Of a stretch of 64,000 bases of DNA, positions 50,901-57,476 are shown one piece after another. The notes beneath the pieces are model-generated. The model saw only the letters and a program-made list of their open reading frames with translations, did not search any database and was not told where the DNA came from. Each line of letters starts with the position of its first letter. Position 1 is the stretch's first letter. Made by a program: the position numbers and the translations under genes. The stretch lies in IMG/VR virus record IMGVR_UViG_3300027749_000089, positions 10,799-74,798 of that record, one strand, 5' to 3'. The stretch comes from a virus.

Positions 50901-53107
50901 GTGACTTAGCTACATTTGTATTTAGCGCTGTATATAATAGTATCACATATCAAGCTACTTACACATATGCTAAATCTAAGAAAGGCGTTAGTACAGTATT
51001 AGTAGATATTAAATCTGATGCTGATGTTGTAGCTGCAACTAATTCGGGTAGTGTAACAACACTTCCTAGTGGAAATGCTATTGCAGTATATGAAGCAGGA
51101 GCATTAGTTACAACAGGTATTACATATGCCGGTGGAGTTACTAAAAGTGGTCTTACATTAGCTATTGACGCAAGTGGAAATATTTCCTTAAATCAATCAT
51201 TAGGACCATGGTCTAGTGATGCCGAATCGTTTACAATTACTACTACATATAAAGGTGTATCATATACTAATATTTATAGTATTGCAAAAGCTAAAGCAGG
51301 TGCTGAAGGTAAGAGTACATTTGCTGCTAAAATATATTCTCAAACTAATAGCACAGCCCCAACGGGCGGTAGTTATAATTTTAGTAATAAAACATTAACA
51401 GCACCTGCTGGATGGTCTGCAACTCAGCCTGCATCAAGCACAAGCGCAACATATGCATGTGATTTTATTTTTGAAGCAACTAATTCAACAGCAAATATTA
51501 CAGCAACAACGTGGTCTGCTCCGTATATATTTACTAAGAATGGTATTGATGGTAATCCAGGTGGACCAGGGGCTTCAGGCACATCTGTATATACAGCTAC
51601 TGTATATGCACAGCAAACAAGCACCCCGTCAGCGCCAACAGGTGGTAGCTATAATTTTAATAATAGTACATTAACAGCGCCTTCTGGTTGGACTATAACT
51701 CAGCCTGCAACAACAACTACTCCGACATGGAGTTGTAATTATTTATTTAATACAACAACACCTACTACAGCTGTACCAGCTGGAACATGGGCAAATGTTA
51801 AAATAGAAGCTCAAAAAGGTGCAGATGGTGTTAGTGTACAAGGAACTGCAGGTAAATCGGCAACACGTGCATTTACTGTGAAAAATATTGGTACTACACC
51901 TACTATTTCTAATTATACCACTACTAATTCTGTACAGACAGTTCCATCATCTATTGATAGTACTTGGTATACTACAACACAAACAGTAGGTAATGGACAA
52001 GCTCAATGGCAAACAGATGGAATTATTGATGCTACAACAACTACATGGAGTGCTCCATACCTAACTGTATTCAAAGCCGATACATTAGAGGCATTTACTA
52101 CCAACACAGGCAATTTATTTGCTACAGGTGATATTGTATTAAATACTAATAATAAGGCAGTTAAGTCTTCAGGTACTGCATTTGGTGGTAGTGGTTTTTA
52201 TCTAGGATTGAATGCTAGTGGACAGGGCATATTTTCAGTAGGAAGCTCTACAACAGGTATTTCATGGAATGGTTCTGTGTTTACTATAACAGGCCCCGTT
52301 ATACAAACTTCTAACTTTACTACAACAACAGCAAATGCTATTACTAATTCAAAAGTAACTTGGACAGACGTAAAAGGTAATGTAGTAACAGGCCTGCCTG
52401 AAGATGGTGCTAATAAAGTGACTACATATCGTCAAAGTACTGCTCCCACAGGCAAGGATAACGATTTATGGATTGATACAACAACTGCTGCATATCCTGT
52501 AACGAAAACGTGGACCGGTAGTGCATGGGAAGTGGCAACAGGCTTTACAGCTACTCAAGGAAGTAAACTCACAAATATACAAGATGGCGCTACTGTCGGA
52601 GCTACGTGGGGGACTAATATTGCTAATGTAGATACAGCTTATATCAATGCTGAAGCAGTTACAGCCCTTCCTAAGCAAGGCTATATGCTTGCACAATCTC
52701 AGCAATTGGGCACTCAAACAAAAGTAACTAAATCTTTTACAGCGTTTACAGCACCTGCCGCTGGAAAATATCAAATATTTATAACGGCTATATTTCATAA
52801 TGTTAGTACAGGAACTAATACGAGAGTACAATGTAGAAGTAGAGTAAATGATGTAGATACTCAAGATTTTTACCCAAGTTACTATGTAAATACAGGAAGT
52901 GGTGGTACACCAATAGACCCTTTTAATCAGTCGGGTATTGGGAATAGTACAACTGCTGGGTCTTCTGTTAAAGTAGATATGCGACAAGATGTATCAGTTA
53001 CGCTTGGACAATCAGTTACAGTATCTATAGAAATGACAGCATGGGCAACTAATTCAAGTTTATTCTTCTTAGCTGCTTATTATACAGCTATTCTTTTTAA
53101 GAGATAA
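44918..53107 (+). CDS. central tail tip / host-specificity protein (gpJ-like) with extended repeat domains
   Basis: VVYGRAKVGG, NPSYCLLDYL, YECN..IDT, LEPGD motifs followed by FN3/Ig-like and Thr-rich repeats. Confidence 0.85.
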   Translation: MGLALAAVIIGAISLILSVVQMIMVKKPKGPDMSGVEARKGYEMVVEGKPDNLAVVYGRAKVGGVRTYHATSAVFEYVPSNADKSFVSGVEGNYSGSITEEVYSPLTGGKVTVLKSWESVINTQLDETLEGQRNEFLFFEQAICVGEINEIYDVIVDESKYLTDPSLGTYGKPQYSSTYDDNNSPEAYKWHDVTKPRAAFRIDLHYSSDFHQERSGGYGQANSIFTANFADRRTATFTGMTYAACVIRVDKDNPQFNQTPNLQFLIEGRKVYTIDKVNDTYSLSTIRTYKNNPSYCLLDYLMNETFGGKIPIDELDLESFYQSAQICDTVVFPNAIAGGRIWNPSEPGSRNGEDGNGKRNVRLYECNILIDTNKALRDNVEEILATMSDARLVWSRGQYRLLLQYTNTADDLLTVAATLTDEDLVLDQDIEITYPSASDRYNCCTIKFHNEANDFKEDAVNWPHKVVDNTLRGFSGIKYPLADFTWKDEGSGRRLLNKYGVWNSTTNQLNQANGYGLVYHLIVNPHNDGDDWTLKCYGDDIIEVRIYNVDEVTGVKELINGFPKTATYGHSMGIVENVHLPSWHWSGPNLDVRIDNGRYYRIEIDGGSIKSEKGVAAVIYNSTRILWSTREIAYQGVQRLDYTTAIYNQMKEEDNGLELDLETSFAGIVDYYHAISKAEELVKTSRTAYTIKFKYVIRNKYLEPGDYIILDSETLNIRSLANNVASEERHTYFRINSVKISEGNTCEVVAQRFHWTQLAWTAKDGEYIRPTNNYLTKIAAPSEVALFRDAYSQNTSGTLRWSDANEPDFLNYIIYMYEGGSVSGVGVPEFHEIGRSTINEFKLPKLSVSSAIFAVRTQSRTGFSNYAYTSTTEAEVFTTDTYGFLGLLLSNISNQLSWTAFSVYKNGAKVIDISAGSYTAEINYNKTLYIYFDTDLRFSYDINSFRNKQLLGTYVFGLVVQMQLSSVYAPTSINILGRTDTTFNTRDAEIVWSNKAEEPIQPSRYLVQISNIDNVTKKSYTVDTPSFKFTYDMNKELFVTASRIFKVRVYSIDALGNMTQGYIEATVENAAPSVTQFSVSPSFRTALAKATLVSDSDITKYVFKKFSEANPGGTAVIVETLNNYANIEATEGIDYWYTVTVHDEYGAGTESARVTTQSVSFSGTMNTGSIFIYTRSATTPSVPSVNVTYTFSTKAVTGLNNNWALTAPTGTDQLYMSMASALSSELTDTILPTEWSVPVKYEINAVNYRSAMVYAYQRSATVLTTNPGDVTYDFTSNAITTANLSNGWLKAIPSGSDPLYIITAIANSQTNTDTISANEWSTPVILAKDGAKGESGLNAAVFGINNASSTFNKNAAGVLNPATGIVLTTSYQNITGTITYQWQKNGTNISGATSSSYTVPTTDYASVTTNAYKCIITGTINGIASSLNDTITIPLLVDGSSSPVVVLSNDNITVPAPNTGYAGINFSSAGCSVQAYIGTNALAYSATGGANTFKVTLATTGVTVAANTNASIPAPTAMSADVAYTDVTVTIYDSSNTALTPIVQRITYSVSRTGNTGSAGDAVDIIFIRSASQPLVPTASTSTPTNWYSDVASVPASANALWSSVGIKSTGSTTYTWDTPSRIEGASVAEVTVYTRGVPTTTPTGGSYTFGAASPLTTVPTSTGATWSASIPTGTAAVYTSRAVVNTAAGNTSAVTITGWSIPVISLQNGVDAIIVDLLSESDITPANNDGTDYNLPPSNNLKLYSGGTVVTSGVTYSGGGAKNGLTASIDTAGVITFTGASWTTDSESFTFTATYNSVAYSAIYTYVKSKKGAAGVVIDLKSETDAVFAANDGTVSTLPSGNAVLVYEGGTLVTTGITYGVTAATLNGLTLSVNTSGIISLTQTTWTSDREVFNITVTYKSTTYNALYSIVKSKTGAKGADAVRADLLSESDVTPADSDGKNYSLPPANNLKLYVGAAVQTTGVTYSVSAAVSGLTAAIDTSGTITFSGTSWASDLATFVFSAVYNSITYQATYTYAKSKKGVSTVLVDIKSDADVVAATNSGSVTTLPSGNAIAVYEAGALVTTGITYAGGVTKSGLTLAIDASGNISLNQSLGPWSSDAESFTITTTYKGVSYTNIYSIAKAKAGAEGKSTFAAKIYSQTNSTAPTGGSYNFSNKTLTAPAGWSATQPASSTSATYACDFIFEATNSTANITATTWSAPYIFTKNGIDGNPGGPGASGTSVYTATVYAQQTSTPSAPTGGSYNFNNSTLTAPSGWTITQPATTTTPTWSCNYLFNTTTPTTAVPAGTWANVKIEAQKGADGVSVQGTAGKSATRAFTVKNIGTTPTISNYTTTNSVQTVPSSIDSTWYTTTQTVGNGQAQWQTDGIIDATTTTWSAPYLTVFKADTLEAFTTNTGNLFATGDIVLNTNNKAVKSSGTAFGGSGFYLGLNASGQGIFSVGSSTTGISWNGSVFTITGPVIQTSNFTTTTANAITNSKVTWTDVKGNVVTGLPEDGANKVTTYRQSTAPTGKDNDLWIDTTTAAYPVTKTWTGSAWEVATGFTATQGSKLTNIQDGATVGATWGTNIANVDTAYINAEAVTALPKQGYMLAQSQQLGTQTKVTKSFTAFTAPAAGKYQIFITAIFHNVSTGTNTRVQCRSRVNDVDTQDFYPSYYVNTGSGGTPIDPFNQSGIGNSTTAGSSVKVDMRQDVSVTLGQSVTVSIEMTAWATNSSLFFLAAYYTAILFKR

Positions 53108-53110
53108 TTT

Positions 53111-53605
53111 ATGTACTATATTAAAGTTAATACTATTGGCAAAATTGAAGAAGCTATGATTTCTTCGTCCTCAGAAGTTTTAGTAACCGATGACTATACT
53201 TTAATTGAAGTCACGGAAGAAATGTTTAATGAAATACGTACTTCTTTACATTATTGGGATTCTCAATTTATAAAGGTTCCAATAGCTCCGGATGTTTACC
53301 ATGAGTTTGACTACGTGTTTAGAGAGTGGCGTCCAATGGACGATTATCTTTCAAGAGCTAGAGTGCAAAACAAAGAAGCTATAAATAGTTTAAGTAGTGA
53401 TATAATTATTAAAAGGTATCCAATATATCGTCAAATAAACTATAATAGAGCGCCAGCAGCGCAGAGTACGATAGACATGAATTCATGGATAGATGAAATA
53501 AGAGGAAGTAGTAATATTGCTAATACGTCTATAGACTTAGTTACTGATTTAACAACTATGGAAAATATTGTAAATGCGTTCCAAACTGAAGTAGCTAATT
53601 TATAA
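53111..53605 (+). CDS. putative fibre assembly protein
   Basis: Follows tail tip gene; P...HEFDY...W and I..RYP.YRQ.N motifs. Confidence 0.55.
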   Translation: MYYIKVNTIGKIEEAMISSSSEVLVTDDYTLIEVTEEMFNEIRTSLHYWDSQFIKVPIAPDVYHEFDYVFREWRPMDDYLSRARVQNKEAINSLSSDIIIKRYPIYRQINYNRAPAAQSTIDMNSWIDEIRGSSNIANTSIDLVTDLTTMENIVNAFQTEVANL

Positions 53606-53625
53606 TTACAACCAGAGAGTTTAAA

Positions 53626-53808
53626 ATGAAATATTTATTTGCGCGTTTAAAAGAGCCATCTACTTGGTTCGGTATTATATCTTCTACTTTAGCATCATTA
53701 AGTGCTTTTAAAGTAGTAGAACTATCACCAGAACAAATGGACGGTGTATTAGCGTTATCTGTTGCTATCTTAGGTGGTGGACATGTAACATCAAAGGATC
53801 CTGAATAA
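53626..53808 (+). CDS. putative holin
   Basis: 60 aa, two hydrophobic segments, RLKEPSTW N-terminus. Confidence 0.55.
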   Translation: MKYLFARLKEPSTWFGIISSTLASLSAFKVVELSPEQMDGVLALSVAILGGGHVTSKDPE

Positions 53809-53809
53809 T

Positions 53810-54478
53810 ATGGCGAAAAAACCTAGACGTACTCAAGAAAACATTATTGAACCTACTGGTGAAAAAGCTTTAGAGCTTTTAACAGATGCACAAAAACGAT
53901 ATTTAAATTCCATCAAAGCAAATATAATAACATTTGGTGTTGGAGTTGCTGGTACTGGAAAGTCATATGTAGCATTATCATATGCTGCACAATTACTACA
54001 AAGTAAACGAATATCAAAAATAATTGTGACAAGACCTGCAGTAGAAGCTGGTGAATCGTTTGGATTCTTACCTGGGGAGCTAGAGGAAAAATATGCTCCC
54101 TACATTGATCCAATAAAAGATATATTGAATAAAAGACTAGGTCATTCGTTTACAGACTACCTGTTTAAACGTAAAGTAATTGAAGCAAAGCCCTTGGCAT
54201 TTATCAGGGGTAGTACATTTGAGAATGCATTCATAGTATTAGATGAAGCTCAGAATTGTACGCCTGCTCAAATGAAAATGTTCTTAACACGTATTGGTGA
54301 AAATACCAAGGTTGTTATTGATGGTGATATACAACAAAAAGATATCAAAGGTAACTCAGGATTAGCTGATGCTATTATTAGGTTACAGGGTATTAATAAG
54401 GTTGGTATTGTTACCTTTGATGTGGATGATATCGTACGTAGTGGTATCTGTAAAGATATTGTGAAAGCTTACTTATAA
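53810..54478 (+). CDS. phoH: PhoH-like ATPase
   Basis: GVAGTGKS, TRPAVEAGE..GFLPG, RGSTF, LDEAQN, GD..Q.D, DIVRS. Confidence 0.95.
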   Translation: MAKKPRRTQENIIEPTGEKALELLTDAQKRYLNSIKANIITFGVGVAGTGKSYVALSYAAQLLQSKRISKIIVTRPAVEAGESFGFLPGELEEKYAPYIDPIKDILNKRLGHSFTDYLFKRKVIEAKPLAFIRGSTFENAFIVLDEAQNCTPAQMKMFLTRIGENTKVVIDGDIQQKDIKGNSGLADAIIRLQGINKVGIVTFDVDDIVRSGICKDIVKAYL

Positions 54479-54487
54479 AAGGAGATT

Positions 54488-54514
54488 GGCCCTGACTTCG
54501 GTTGGGGTCTTTTT
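54488..54514 (+). terminator. TTCG-loop terminator
   Basis: GGCCCTGAC-TTCG-GTTGGGGTC then TTTTT. Confidence 0.65.
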
Positions 54515-54518
54515 ATAT

Positions 54519-54977
54519 ATGATTATACGAAAAATTAAAAATAAAGATGAATTACATGATTGTGTTAAGATCTATATGAAATTTGCACAACCTGATTTAA
54601 TTAGAGCAGACTATGATACATCATTATCTTCAATGAGAAAGATAATAGGTGTGCGAGGATTCTTAAGAGTTGTAGAAGTAGATGGTGAGATAAGGGCATG
54701 GTTACTGGCTGATGTAAGACGTAATGAATGTATCAAGGATCCACTACTACAACAATGTTTCTTTGCTTCTGATTTAACAGGAACTAAAGCTGTTAGAGCT
54801 GTAGTATTACTTCATGAAGAATTAATTGAAGAAGCGAAGCGTAGAAATATTAACTGTATTATTTCAAACGGAAGCAATGTGGACGAGAAAAACGTGTTCA
54901 CCAGAATTCTAGAAAAACAGGGCTGGAGTCGGATCGGATACCTAGCTACGTGGCATTTGGACGAGCATCCTTTATGA
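54519..54977 (+). CDS. GNAT-fold-like protein
   Basis: MIIRK...LRVVEVDGEI...LIEEAKRRNI...ILEKQGW pattern. Confidence 0.5.
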   Translation: MIIRKIKNKDELHDCVKIYMKFAQPDLIRADYDTSLSSMRKIIGVRGFLRVVEVDGEIRAWLLADVRRNECIKDPLLQQCFFASDLTGTKAVRAVVLLHEELIEEAKRRNINCIISNGSNVDEKNVFTRILEKQGWSRIGYLATWHLDEHPL

Positions 54978-54979
54978 TG

Positions 54980-55200
54980 GTGATGCCAAAATTTTCCGCG
55001 TCAAGACGGGGCATTTCTGCACAAATTTTGGGTAGCGTGAAATCTGGGCGTGTGTGGGCACGCGGTGTGGGCGCATCACTGAGGGATCAGCGTGGCACCC
55101 GCGTGCCGTGTGGGGCAATTTCTGGCGGCAGAACGGGCACTCTCAGCGTGTGGCGTGTGGCAGTTTTCAGCACCGAACCCGTTAAATTAACCCTTCAGAC
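54980..55200. other. GC-rich non-coding island with GTGTGG repeats and an inverted repeat
   Basis: Five GTGTGG copies; GGCACGCGG (55057-55065) pairs with CCGCGTGCC (55099-55107). Confidence 0.6.
55178..55194 (+). promoter_or_regulatory. motif class I copy
   Basis: CCCGTTAAATTAACCCT, plus a partial AATTAACCCT at 55211-55220. Confidence 0.6.
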
Positions 55201-55253
55201 GTTCCCCCTCAATTAACCCTTTGGTCATTATCCATTAATTGTTAATTCCTAAT

Positions 55254-55278
55254 ACGGAAATAATGGTATCTTATATGA
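55254..55278 (+). promoter_or_regulatory. motif class II copy
   Basis: ACGGAAATAATGGTATCTTATATGA. Confidence 0.5.
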
Positions 55279-55454
55279 TAATCAATATAGATTATTATAA
55301 CCAAGGAGTATACTATGAAACATAATAAAGTAACACCTATCCAACAATTGGCATTAATTAATAATAAAAATGTTCCTTTTCCTTTCCGTAAAAAGAAAGA
55401 GAAAAATACGGAAGCTTTTGATACCTTTCTTAAGGCAGCATTGAAGGAGCAAAA

Positions 55455-55757
55455 ATGAAAAGTACAGTATTATTTTTGATTAACGCAAACTTAGATTGTG
55501 ATATTAGACGTCATGTCCCATGGGATTATGAAGATGTCGATGCGGAAGATTACAACGCTGTAATCCAAATGTGGGATACAGCCAGCACAAGAATTAGAAT
55601 TGGTGACAATCTGCAGTATACGTGGGATAGCCTCACGTGGGTTGGGCGGGATGTAGACTGTCTAGCTGCAATTTTAGATAGATTAAATGAAGAAGATTTT
55701 AAATTGTGTGTCCTCACAGAAGGGCATATCTACCAGCAAGGGTTGCTGGTACTTTAA
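55455..55757 (+). CDS. hypothetical protein
   Basis: AAGGAG RBS. Confidence 0.65.
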   Translation: MKSTVLFLINANLDCDIRRHVPWDYEDVDAEDYNAVIQMWDTASTRIRIGDNLQYTWDSLTWVGRDVDCLAAILDRLNEEDFKLCVLTEGHIYQQGLLVL

Positions 55758-55760
55758 CAT

Positions 55761-55787
55761 AGGGATGGTCTTCGGACTATCCCTTTT
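55761..55787 (+). terminator. TTCG-loop terminator
   Basis: AGGGATGGTC-TTCG-GACTATCCCT-TTT. Confidence 0.7.
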
Positions 55788-55791
55788 AAAC

Positions 55792-55816
55792 GCGGAAAAA
55801 GAGGTATCTTATATGA
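55792..55816 (+). promoter_or_regulatory. motif class II copy
   Basis: GCGGAAAAAGAGGTATCTTATATGA immediately after terminator. Confidence 0.5.
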
Positions 55817-55867
55817 AGTACAATAAGGTACCTCAACTAACTTTAATATTCCAAAAGGAAACTAACA

Positions 55868-56034
55868 TGTTTAACGAAATTATAAACTATTTTACAGCTG
55901 ACAGAAAAGTAATTGATGAAGCTAGAGATTTATTAGTGGAATTAAGAGCTGAACAAGAAGCTGCTGATGCTTTAATGGCAAAACTTGAAGCAAGAGTTTT
56001 AGTAATGAAAACAATCAATTGCAAACAATCGTAG
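55868..56034 (+). CDS. small coiled-coil protein
   Basis: AAGGA RBS before MFNEII; likely true start of the listed 55687 ORF. Confidence 0.55.
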
Positions 56035-56263
56035 TAGACTTAACATTAATCAGTAATTCAAGTAAAGTATATGAAGTACATCACAATTTAATTAATCCAA
56101 GAGGAATTTCAAATGAACGCAGTAGAACACGCGCAACAAATAGTAGATTTAAAATTAGCAGAAATGCAAAAAGAACACGAAGCAAGAATTGCTGAATTGA
56201 ACAAAGAATTTAATATTGAAGAGCGCTTAGCAGCTCTCCTTAACATTCCAAGAGGAAACTAAA

Positions 56264-56509
56264 ATGCCAACTATGTATTTTGATGTAAACAATTTTGAAA
56301 CTGAATTTAACAATGCAAAAGATCCATCTTTCTGGAGTGATTTCTTTGATGATATTGGTAATTCATTTAATTACTATGCAGATATGATTACACCTGAATT
56401 CTTTAAAAAGCCATGGACTCAAGCTGATGTAGATGCTTACAATGCAGCATTAATGTGGTTCTTGATTGGCTACTACGTTGCTTTATTCATAATATTAATG
56501 ATATTATGA
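56264..56509 (+). CDS. membrane protein with C-terminal TM
   Basis: GAGGA RBS; hydrophobic C-terminus. Confidence 0.65.
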   Translation: MPTMYFDVNNFETEFNNAKDPSFWSDFFDDIGNSFNYYADMITPEFFKKPWTQADVDAYNAALMWFLIGYYVALFIILMIL

Positions 56510-56994
56510 TAAATCTAAATAAAGAGTTTGAAAAAGATCAAGTTAAACACGAACAAAAGCGTAAGGAAGAACATACGGAAGAATACTTGCTTCTTGAGGA
56601 GTTGTATGATACTATTGCCTATGTATTTGGGCGAAAGTATACAATGATTCCTCAGCGCAATGGAATGTATAGATTGAAACTTGTAAAAGATATCGATCAA
56701 TTTAAAAAAGGTTCTCTAGGCGGGTTGGTTTCTAATGAGGATAATGTTTCGCATAGTGGTAATTGCTGGGTTACATTTGATGCTAAAGTTCTTGACGATG
56801 CAAAGATTAAAGATAATGTTCTAATTACAGATAAAGCAGTTGTTAGGCAACAATCACTAATAACAGATAATGTTATGGTTGGTGGCCAAATGGCGGTCGC
56901 AGGTAATACCTACCTTGGCGGTGAAGGTATATATTGCGCTAGTGAGATTCTTTTTAACTTTTGCGAGATTGTTGAAAATGAAAATTCAAATTGA
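56506..56994 (+). CDS. phage hexapeptide-repeat (LpxA-like) protein
   Basis: YRLK..KD....KG.LGG....E.N.S..GNCWV..DAKV...A.I. Confidence 0.7.
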   Translation: MINLNKEFEKDQVKHEQKRKEEHTEEYLLLEELYDTIAYVFGRKYTMIPQRNGMYRLKLVKDIDQFKKGSLGGLVSNEDNVSHSGNCWVTFDAKVLDDAKIKDNVLITDKAVVRQQSLITDNVMVGGQMAVAGNTYLGGEGIYCASEILFNFCEIVENENSN

Positions 56995-57268
56995 AGCGTT
57001 ATACGTGTTAAATGAAAAAGCTTATTATGCAAAAACAGAGTCTAATCATTTAACAATAGATCCGACATTATATGTAAGAACGGTAAAAGTTCATGAGCTA
57101 CATGAATTAGCAGTAATGGAAACTTCAGTCTATTCTGAAGATTTTATCGATATGCAAGAATATGTACCAATAGCTTGTCTTAATGGGTCTCTCATCCCCT
57201 TTTTAATAGAAAAAGAAAAATCAAAAACTCTACAACGACTAATAGTTGAGCATAAAAGAAATAATTAG
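56978..57268 (+). CDS. hypothetical protein
   Basis: ORF ending before hairpins. Confidence 0.5.
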   Translation: MKIQIEALYVLNEKAYYAKTESNHLTIDPTLYVRTVKVHELHELAVMETSVYSEDFIDMQEYVPIACLNGSLIPFLIEKEKSKTLQRLIVEHKRNN

Positions 57269-57345
57269 TGCTTCGGCACTAGTATTGTAGGTACTCCCCT
57301 CTATCACCCTTCGGGGTGGTGGAGGGTTAACCTCTTTATTTTTTT
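57266..57345 (+). terminator. double TTCG hairpin / terminator upstream of RNAP2
   Basis: TAGTGC-TTCG-GCACTA and CCCTCTATCACCC-TTCG-GGGTGGTGGAGGG then T tract. Confidence 0.65.
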
Positions 57346-57476
57346 CTTCTAAATGAATAAATTATTATTACAATACGTAATTATTTTAGGCTCTACTAGT
57401 TTAATATTTGGTGTAAGTGCGGGAAATTCTTTTCTCTCATTTATTTTATTTCTATATTTGGTAAAAATTAAATGAC

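Noticed and set aside
54950-55216. 88-aa ORF across the GC-rich island
   Set aside because: Atypical composition, no clear RBS, overlaps repeats and the class I motif; more likely non-coding
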